A stretch of 64,000 nucleotides of DNA from a virus (lineage: Duplodnaviria > Caudoviricetes). Made by a program: the position numbers and the translations under genes. The stretch is from IMG/VR virus record IMGVR_UViG_3300025723_000013; one strand, given 5' to 3'. The stretch's first letter is position 1. Every line of letters begins with the position of its first letter. A model generated the notes under the pieces. It worked only from the letters and a program-made list of their open reading frames with translations. It made no database searches and was not told the DNA's origin. Positions 16,889-24,037 of this stretch are shown here, piece by piece.

Positions 16889-17125
16889 ATGGAACACGTC
16901 AACATTGACTGCTATTTGGAATCACCTGCAAGCACACCCGATCTGGAAGAAGCCTGGGATCTGGACGCACAGTATCCAGGCGAGGATCAGGAGGAATGGG
17001 GCGACTACGAGGACGACAGCGACCGTGAGAATCAGCCCACCGAATACGAGGAGTGGCAGGCCGTGAGTGGCGGCGACGACAACTGGTACGACAACGCAAT
17101 GGAAATCGGCGACCTGGACTACTAG
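16889..17125 (+). CDS. Very acidic small protein
   Basis: 27 D/E and 1 R in 78 aa; promoter TTGACA-17-CATACT at 16825-16853. Confidence 0.75.
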   Translation: MEHVNIDCYLESPASTPDLEEAWDLDAQYPGEDQEEWGDYEDDSDRENQPTEYEEWQAVSGGDDNWYDNAMEIGDLDY

Positions 17126-17133
17126 ACCTCTCC

Positions 17134-17163
17134 AGGGCCTGTTTTGGCAACAGGCCCTTTTTT
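17134..17163 (+). terminator. Intrinsic terminator
   Basis: AGGGCCTGTT-TTGGC-AACAGGCCCT then T-run. Confidence 0.85.
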
Positions 17164-17469
17164 AGTGGCCCGCATTTCCCACCAGCACAATCACAGCAGC
17201 AGATGGCAGCAGTGGGGCCGCTGCCCAAATACCCCGCTATCACTATCTCTAAAAATATCTCGCAGTGGCTGGTCGGTACCGCTGTTCCCTGAACCCTGCG
17301 TGTGCATTCAAAAACGCAGCACGTGGGGCGGACACTGCGGCCGTGAACAGCTGGTGCAGTTCCCACAGTGCCGCATGCGAACCCGGCCAGCAGCAGTGGG
17401 GAGGATTAAATAACAGTTGACAGAGGGCGGCTGAACTAGTAAACTGGCTGCACTTAGAGGAGACACACA

Positions 17470-17808
17470 GTGATTGAAACAGTGATCGATTTGATTCCGT
17501 TTGTATTGGTCATGATGAGCGCGGCACAGTTGGTGGTGGTCATGTTGGTGCACAGTGATCTTAAAAACTTATTTGTTAACCTGACTCAACGCCTGGACAG
17601 CTTGAAAGACTCAGAACTTACCATTTCGCAGGGCAACAGCAGCCCAGCGCCCACCACTTTTGCGCATGCGCCCACCACAGCACCCGGTGCGGGCACAGGC
17701 TCTCAAAGTGCAGGCGTGGTTGACCGCCACCCACCCGCACAGACCGCTGGAATCTATGAGGTCAGCGATGCGCAAGTGATCGCAGCGTTGCGAGAGCTGG
17801 ACAAGTAA
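17470..17808 (+). CDS. Membrane-anchored protein
   Basis: Promoter TTGACA-17-TAAACT at 17417-17445; GAGGAG RBS; TM helix. Confidence 0.7.
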   Translation: MIETVIDLIPFVLVMMSAAQLVVVMLVHSDLKNLFVNLTQRLDSLKDSELTISQGNSSPAPTTFAHAPTTAPGAGTGSQSAGVVDRHPPAQTAGIYEVSDAQVIAALRELDK

Positions 17809-18105
17809 TTGCCGGCGGGGTGCAACGCCCTAGCCCCACCAGGCCGTATACAACCCTAGCTACAATCTGTGGGGTTGAGTTGGGCCCCAATGCGCTGTAT
17901 TAAAAGAATATAAATGCAGCGGTGGGGTGCAACGACGCAGCCCCACGCAGTGGCCAGTGCAGCTGACCTCGATCCGAGTGTGACTCAGCAGCGCTGGACA
18001 AAAAACACTTGCAAAATACACACACTGTGTTAAATTTGCAGCTGTAGCAATCGGCCAGTGGCTCTGGAGATTGTGCCCAATCAATTAAACACTTGGAGTT
18101 GCAGC

Positions 18106-18324
18106 ATGAACGAACGAATTCGAGAACTGGCTCAACAAGCTGCTGATGGTATGCTTTCTTATGATGCTGAAGGTGAATGGCGTCTTAATCAAAAGGAAGC
18201 GGAAAAGTTCGCCCAGTTGATTGTGAGAGAATGTGTTATAATTGTGGCAGATGCCGTTGACCATCGCGAACCCGCCATCACTTATGCGAGCAAGATTAAA
18301 CAACATTTTGGAGTTGAACAATGA
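18106..18324 (+). CDS. FGVE-family paralogue
   Basis: MNERIRELAQQA...EKFAQLIVREC...HFGVEQ. Confidence 0.8.
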   Translation: MNERIRELAQQAADGMLSYDAEGEWRLNQKEAEKFAQLIVRECVIIVADAVDHREPAITYASKIKQHFGVEQ

Positions 18325-18938
18325 CTGAGGAGAAAGCACAAGTGAAAACTGTGATTTGCACTAGTCTTAACAAGATTCGCGCGCGCGTTCCATGCGAGAA
18401 AGGGTGGAAAAAACTACTCGATCATTTGGGTAAAACTAAAGCGGACGATGAACCATTACCGTTTTCCGTAATTGTCGAATCAAACGGACTTGACGACGCG
18501 TTGTGGGCGTGTAGAACAACGCCAGAATATGACCACGAGTGGCGTTTGTTTGCAGTTTGGTGCGCACGACAAGTACAACATTTGATGACTTACCATCAAT
18601 CGGTCGATGCGTTAGATGTCGCATACCGACACGCGAACGGACAAGCAACCAATGAGGAGCTACACGCTGCGCAAAATGCGGCGAAAGATGCAGCGAGAGA
18701 TGCAGCGAGAGATGCGTATCACAAGTCAGTACAGGATGCGGCGTGGGCTGCGGCGTGGGCTGCGGCGAGGGCTGCGCGGTATGCGGCGTCGGCTGTGGCG
18801 GAGTATGCGGGGTGGGCCGCGCGAAATGCGGCGGGGGGTGTGGCGGAGTATGCGGGGTGGGTTGCGTGGGCTGCGGCGAAAGACGCTCAAACACAAAAAT
18901 TTCTGGATGTGGTGTCAAGTGCGCGGGGGGAGAAATGA
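18321..18938 (+). CDS. Phage protein with Ala-rich low-complexity tail
   Basis: PC..GW.KLL..LGKT.ADDEPL...NG.DDALW; AAWAAAW repeats. Confidence 0.75.
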   Translation: MTEEKAQVKTVICTSLNKIRARVPCEKGWKKLLDHLGKTKADDEPLPFSVIVESNGLDDALWACRTTPEYDHEWRLFAVWCARQVQHLMTYHQSVDALDVAYRHANGQATNEELHAAQNAAKDAARDAARDAYHKSVQDAAWAAAWAAARAARYAASAVAEYAGWAARNAAGGVAEYAGWVAWAAAKDAQTQKFLDVVSSARGEK

Positions 18939-19063
18939 AACCGCACATGTACGTCTATGTAAACAACCGATTGATCACAGTGGAATCCTGCCTGGAGTTT
19001 GCCATGCCCTATTGGGCTAAACGCAAACAGACCAATAAACGGATCACTTGGAAGTTCCGATAG
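18935..19063 (+). CDS. 42-aa hypothetical protein
   Basis: ATGA overlap, GGAG RBS. Confidence 0.5.
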   Translation: MKPHMYVYVNNRLITVESCLEFAMPYWAKRKQTNKRITWKFR

Positions 19064-19147
19064 CGCTGGTACACCCGGGCCAGCGCAGCTGGATCTCGCC
19101 GGGCACACGCGCAACCAGTGTGGGGATCAAATACCCCGCTGCGCTCC

Positions 19148-19286
19148 CACTGCTGGGTGCACGCCGCTAACTTGCGCAATAGGGCTGTGTGCTGTGATCT
19201 CACTGCTGGGTGCACACCGCTGCTGTGTACGCCAAGCGCTGACAAGCTGTGTGCTAAATCTGCTGCGTTCCCACTGCTGGGTGCAC
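19148..19286 (+). repeat. Three copies of CACTGCTGGGTGCAC
   Basis: 19148, 19201, 19272. Confidence 0.85.
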
Positions 19287-19329
19287 GATTGCTAGATCGC
19301 GTGGCAGGGATCGCCGTGAACAAAAAAAA

Positions 19330-19349
19330 AGCGCCGTGATCACGGCGCT
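19330..19349 (-). terminator. Minus-strand intrinsic terminator
   Basis: Perfect palindrome AGCGCCGTGATCACGGCGCT with A9 on the plus-strand 5' side. Confidence 0.75.
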
Positions 19350-19384
19350 CAACGTAGCGGCTCGAGGCCACTGGCCCCTGGGCG

Positions 19385-19585
19385 TCAGCTGCCCTCCACC
19401 GTGCGCTGCCAGCGCGGACGGCTCTCAATCATGTTCAACACTGCCTGTCGCAGCGCATCCAGATCATGCACAGGACCCTCAATGCGATCCAGCTCTGCAC
19501 CGCCCTGATGTATGCGGCCCGAAATCAACCACTGCATGGTGTTGTGGCTCACTGCTTGATCTTGGAAACGTATCTGTCTGCTCAT
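19385..19585 (-). CDS. Hypothetical protein, the only clear minus-strand gene in the early island
   Basis: AAGGAG RBS, own promoter TTGCAC-17-CATAAT (19646-19618), downstream terminator. Confidence 0.7.
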   Translation of the reverse strand: MSRQIRFQDQAVSHNTMQWLISGRIHQGGAELDRIEGPVHDLDALRQAVLNMIESRPRWQRTVEGS

Positions 19586-19814
19586 CGCTACTGCTCCTTG
19601 CTGTTGCTGGAATCTGTATTATGCACAACCCGCCGGCCCTGTGCAACCTCTCGTGTGTCGAGTTGTGTTAAGTTGTGTCGAGTTTCCCACCCGCACCTCG
19701 CGTGTGCTGCGTTCCCACTGGCCCTGTTTCCCACTCGCGCTGCTGTTGCACAGTTTCCCAAGGGCTCTCGCAGGGCCGGTGTGCGCCGTGTGCGACGGCT
19801 TTTTTCATTGTGTT

Positions 19815-19843
19815 AGTATAGCATCAGTCCCACCCGATGTCAA
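19815..19843 (-). promoter_or_regulatory. Minus-strand sigma70 promoter
   Basis: TTGACA-17-TATACT. Confidence 0.75.
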
Positions 19844-20060
19844 CTCTGCGTGCACACTTTATGCGGGGTTGCAGAGCCCCGGCTGCGGCGTCTGCGCTTG
19901 CGCACGCAGTTTTGTAAAGCGCGTGGGAGTTAGTCAAGCAGTCCAGCTCACAGCTGCGCACACGCACTGCGGGCCTGCCCGGCACTGGCGCAGTGGGATC
20001 CGGTTGACAGCCGGTCTGCGCGAGTGCATACTGCATGCACACTCGCGCAAGGAGACCAAC

Positions 20061-20147
20061 ATGTGCTCGTTATTGACTTATCTAGTGATCAGCTGTGTGA
20101 CCGCACTCGTAGTGGCACAAGTGATCCACTGGGGCAACGGAGACTAG
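20061..20147 (+). CDS. 28-aa hydrophobic peptide
   Basis: Promoter TTGACA-17-CATACT (20004-20032), AAGGAG RBS. Confidence 0.6.
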   Translation: MCSLLTYLVISCVTALVVAQVIHWGNGD

Positions 20148-20305
20148 CAGCCCACCCGGCTGTGTGCGCACACCCGGCCCCCGGGTGTGCGGCCGCTGTG
20201 CCGGCTGACCCCCACTGCTGTGCACTAGCACAGCTAACGCCTGCGGTGGGGCCGCTGTATTAAACCCCTGCTGCGATTGCGTAACTGCGAGATTTCTGCA
20301 CTGGA

Positions 20306-20509
20306 CCCCCGCTGCTGCTGCGTTAAGCTGTTGTATTCCTGCACCGGGGCCCCAGCTGTTATTGCGCTAGCACATCAATTCCTGCACCGGGGCTGTGTGT
20401 GCCGGGCCCCCGCTGCTGCTGCGTTAAGCTGTTGTATTCCTGCACCGGGGCTGTGTGTGCCGGGCCCCCGCTGCTGCTGCGTTAAGCTGTTGTATTCCTG
20501 CACCGGGGC
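20306..20509 (+). repeat. Three identical 45-bp direct repeats
   Basis: CCCCCGCTGCTGCTGCGTTAAGCTGTTGTATTCCTGCACCGGGGC at 20306, 20407, 20465. Confidence 0.95.
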
Positions 20510-20769
20510 CCCAATGCGCTCTATTAAAAAAATCTAAATGCAGCGGTGGGGCTGTGCCGGTCCCCACCCGACCGGTATACTAGCTAGCAAGCTAGCCCGT
20601 GTTGCGTGCGGCAAGCCCGTTTTTTCTCACCACCGTTTTTCAATCCCGGGGTCGCAAAATCACCGGGGGTGGAGATCTCCGGGGCCTTTTTTATTTGCGT
20701 AACAATTTTTTGGCACTGTATAGACCGGGCCCTGCTCAATTCCTCACCCCCTCACGGGAGGCCCCTTTG

Positions 20770-20791
20770 AAAAATTTGCGCGCAAATTTTT
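20770..20791. repeat. Perfect 22-bp palindrome
   Basis: AAAAATTTGCGCGCAAATTTTT. Confidence 0.9.
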
Positions 20792-20819
20792 TGAGCCCTT
20801 ATAGAGGCCCCAGCCCTGG

Positions 20820-21233
20820 CTAGCCGTACAGGTGATCCCAGATCTGGCCTATCAATGGGGGCCGCCGCTCTCGGCCCAGGCCCCGGCGGGCCAAGAACGT
20901 GTCCAAGGCCAGCCACTGTGCCAGTTCCCATTGTCTCCACGCTGCCCACCGTTTTAGCATGACCGCGCGACTGCCAGTCACTCCCGGTTCCGTGGCAGGT
21001 TGCACACGCCAAAGATCACTGTGCTGAAACTCGTGGGCCAACTGTGGCACTGTGAGTGGGGTGGGTATGGTGTGCACAGTGCCTTCGGCCACACGGGGCA
21101 CATCCGGCAGTCGGGTGAGGCTCACGCGATAGCGCTGCCCTTGTTCAGTGTGGAATTCACGGTGGTATGACAGGCCCGCCTGATGTTGCACCGGTCGGGG
21201 GCGGGGGCGATCAAACATTTCTCGTAACAGCAT
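20820..21233 (-). CDS. Late protein with MLLREM leader
   Basis: TAAATA-N8-ATG; N-terminus resembles 7738-8193. Confidence 0.6.
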   Translation of the reverse strand: MLLREMFDRPRPRPVQHQAGLSYHREFHTEQGQRYRVSLTRLPDVPRVAEGTVHTIPTPLTVPQLAHEFQHSDLWRVQPATEPGVTGSRAVMLKRWAAWRQWELAQWLALDTFLARRGLGRERRPPLIGQIWDHLYG

Positions 21234-21413
21234 AGTGTGGGTATTTAGCCTCGTGCCAGTGAGCGCCCGGGCCTGTGAGATTATAGTGGTAGATAATGTG
21301 AGAAAAAATTTTGCGCAGCCCCTTTGGGGGTCGGCTCTACTCTCAACCCTCCATCTCATGGTTGTCTGGCTCGGCTCTGGCGGATTACAATAAATAAATC
21401 AAAAGGAGTTCTC

Positions 21414-21941
21414 ATGAGACGATTGACCGAAAATGAACAACAGCGTGTGCAGTTGGCTGCATTTAAAAGAGCGCATCAAGCAGCACAGCAAGAAATCAGC
21501 GCCATTGACGATATCAACCGAGATGTGGATCAAATAGTGATCCAAGTGGGACGCATAGCAGAGGCCGCTGGGGTTGACATGCGGGACATCGCTCATGCAG
21601 CTGATTATGTGGAAGAAGCTTTTAGCGGCTTGGTCAAATCTCTGCATGATCTCCAAGAAGTGTTTCAAGATCATATCACCACACTGGAACTGCGCATGGA
21701 GGACGACGACATTGATCTGGATGAAGCACAGCAACCTGATGTGTCCTATGTGATCAAGGTGCTGCATCCCAACAGCAGCACGCGCTTTGTCAAGCAGTAT
21801 CTAGTGACTGATCTGCGGGACTGGTGTCAACGCAAGGGAGTGGATTTTCAAGCTGCCCTGGACGCGGTGCATAGACAGGGATTGGTCAAAGGCACAGCCA
21901 CCAATTATCGAGTGACACGCTACAAGGGCGGCACAAGATAA
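21414..21941 (+). CDS. Late modular protein
   Basis: TAAATA plus AAGGAG; MRRLTENE; linker DIDLDEA. Confidence 0.7.
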   Translation: MRRLTENEQQRVQLAAFKRAHQAAQQEISAIDDINRDVDQIVIQVGRIAEAAGVDMRDIAHAADYVEEAFSGLVKSLHDLQEVFQDHITTLELRMEDDDIDLDEAQQPDVSYVIKVLHPNSSTRFVKQYLVTDLRDWCQRKGVDFQAALDAVHRQGLVKGTATNYRVTRYKGGTR

Positions 21942-21986
21942 TGTTCATCAATTGAATAAATAAACACAATATTGTGAGACATTGCG

Positions 21987-24035
21987 ATGCCTGATAACGA
22001 AAGAAAAAAAACTAAACTGGATACCAAACCCAATCCGTTTCCGCACCTGGATGATTTGGATGATCTGTTGGGAGGCAGCACCAATCCTCCTTCCACCATT
22101 GAACCCGAGAGAGACGATGCTCAACAACAACGCCACTCAGATCCGGACGCCAACGGCCCAGCTGAACTGCCACGTGCCAGTGCTGAACGCACGCGCAGTG
22201 TGCAGGCCACTCCGTCCGAACGCATGCGCGATGCACTCAATAGACTGAATGATTTAGATCCTGGAGAAATTACTGATCAAGAGCGTGCTAGACAGCATCG
22301 TGGCATGGGCGAACCAGAAGAACCCAGTCCAGTGATCAACCAAAACATGCCAGTTGTGGCCAATCGACTGCCGGCCATGTTGGCCACCGAATTGGCTGTG
22401 CCCAACATTGAATGGCATCAAATACGCAACCTTCCTGGTTTCCAGAAGCAACAGATACGCATGATGGGCGATCGAGTGTTTGGCGCACGCACCCGCACTC
22501 CTGTGGAGGATATCACTGCCATTGCCTGGCTCAGCCCAGATGCTGCCAATCTGTTGCCAGGATCACGTCGTGCAGGAAACAATCCCAGGCCGCCCTCGGA
22601 AAGTGAATACAACACTCTGGAACAATTGAGCAGTGTGGGCGAATGGTTAAGAGATCATGCTCAGCCCATGGGATCCCCGGATGCACCTACTCATCCACAC
22701 ATACCAGGGTATCGAGCCGACGTGAGAGAATTTGTGGAATCAGGGGTGCGTTTTCAAGTGGTACAAGATTTCATAGACGATCAGCGATTGGGCTATTATA
22801 TCTATGCATGGCCCGAAGCAGATACCAAAGCAGGGACAAGGACAGCACGCGAGCCATCACAGCTAGGTCGAGGTCAGACCTACGACATGCCAGGAGAAAA
22901 TTCTCCCCCGCAAGATAGACCAAGATTACCCAGAAGAGAGTCAACTATCATGATCAAAAAAGATGCAAGCTATCTCAAAGAAGAACTGGAGATGCACAAG
23001 AGATTTATCAAAGAAGAATATCGATTTAGAGTGGCTGAAGCCATTTTATGCAAAAAACTAGATGAAGCGATTATAAAAGAATTGTTGGTTGAAAGCACGT
23101 TGAGTCGAGTGATTGGCAAAAATCCAGGCGGTCAGCATCTGGTTCAATGGTTACATCGTAGAAATAAATTAGGCAACGACGTGGAATGGGCAGAGCATCC
23201 GTTCAGTGAACGAGTGATGTGGTCTGAATTTAAAAATCATCCCGATAACTTTTTAATCGTGGTGGGCACACGCGGTGTAGCTGGTATCAAGCCCAATGAG
23301 CAAGATATACAAAGCGGTGAAGAAGCTGCTAGAAGAAAACGCAAAGTATATAATCCTGCGAGAGATAATACGCTGCGATACAAGGTAGTGGCATTTGTGG
23401 GTGATCAACAGGTAAATCCTGATCTATTCCGACAAGAAGGCGACGTGGAAAGAGATATTGATCCTACTGTGATGCGTGCCAGAGGCGGGCTAGTAGGCAG
23501 ATCTGATGTGCGCAATGATGAAAATATTTTTGATAAAATGCGTGAGCAACTGGGTGAACTCAAAAGCGTGATAATTTCACATAGAGCAGTTCCTAGAGAT
23601 GTAATGGCTGCCCGCGCTAGTCGTGATCAACCCAAATACGGAGTCGAAGATCTCCCTAGACTACAGATTAAATTGGTTTCCAAACTACGACCGTTACTTA
23701 AAAAAATAGCATATGAATGCCTTAGTATCATTACGCAACGTGCGCAAAGAGCCATGACCGGCGGAAATTTTGACGCGGCCAGCGAAGCAAGTGCGACTGC
23801 GGTAACAATTAAAAATTTTATTACAGCAGTCGATACCCAAGGAGAGTTAAATCTCGGTTATGGCAGCCCGGTAAAAGCACTCATCAATAGGTCAGTGGAT
23901 TCTGTAGCTCCACAAGATTTAATGAAAAGAGTAGAATGGTACGAGGATATGCTCACACCAGGCGATACTGTGAGAAAATGGGAGCCTATGCTGGCTGGTG
24001 TGAGAACTGCTCTCATGCGAAAACCAGGTAATTAA
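21987..24035 (+). CDS. Large modular late protein
   Basis: 682-aa ORF; internal RREST and LLVEST junctions. Confidence 0.75.
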   Translation: MPDNERKKTKLDTKPNPFPHLDDLDDLLGGSTNPPSTIEPERDDAQQQRHSDPDANGPAELPRASAERTRSVQATPSERMRDALNRLNDLDPGEITDQERARQHRGMGEPEEPSPVINQNMPVVANRLPAMLATELAVPNIEWHQIRNLPGFQKQQIRMMGDRVFGARTRTPVEDITAIAWLSPDAANLLPGSRRAGNNPRPPSESEYNTLEQLSSVGEWLRDHAQPMGSPDAPTHPHIPGYRADVREFVESGVRFQVVQDFIDDQRLGYYIYAWPEADTKAGTRTAREPSQLGRGQTYDMPGENSPPQDRPRLPRRESTIMIKKDASYLKEELEMHKRFIKEEYRFRVAEAILCKKLDEAIIKELLVESTLSRVIGKNPGGQHLVQWLHRRNKLGNDVEWAEHPFSERVMWSEFKNHPDNFLIVVGTRGVAGIKPNEQDIQSGEEAARRKRKVYNPARDNTLRYKVVAFVGDQQVNPDLFRQEGDVERDIDPTVMRARGGLVGRSDVRNDENIFDKMREQLGELKSVIISHRAVPRDVMAARASRDQPKYGVEDLPRLQIKLVSKLRPLLKKIAYECLSIITQRAQRAMTGGNFDAASEASATAVTIKNFITAVDTQGELNLGYGSPVKALINRSVDSVAPQDLMKRVEWYEDMLTPGDTVRKWEPMLAGVRTALMRKPGN

Positions 24036-24037
24036 TA

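Larger units (their letters stand above)
9521..19141 (+). repeat. Dispersed motif CAAATACCCCGCT(G), 7 same-strand copies
   Basis: Starts at 9521, 9964, 14164, 16165, 16702, 17226, 19128; all intergenic. Confidence 0.9.

Noticed and set aside
18661-18900. GCTGCG/GCGGCG repeats as a DNA element
   Set aside because: Explained by the Ala-rich low-complexity tail of CDS 18321-18938.
20306-20509. CRISPR array
   Set aside because: Three 45-bp repeats, but the intervening DNA is itself repeated (13-nt and 56-nt gaps sharing sequence), there are no unique spacers, and no cas genes are present.
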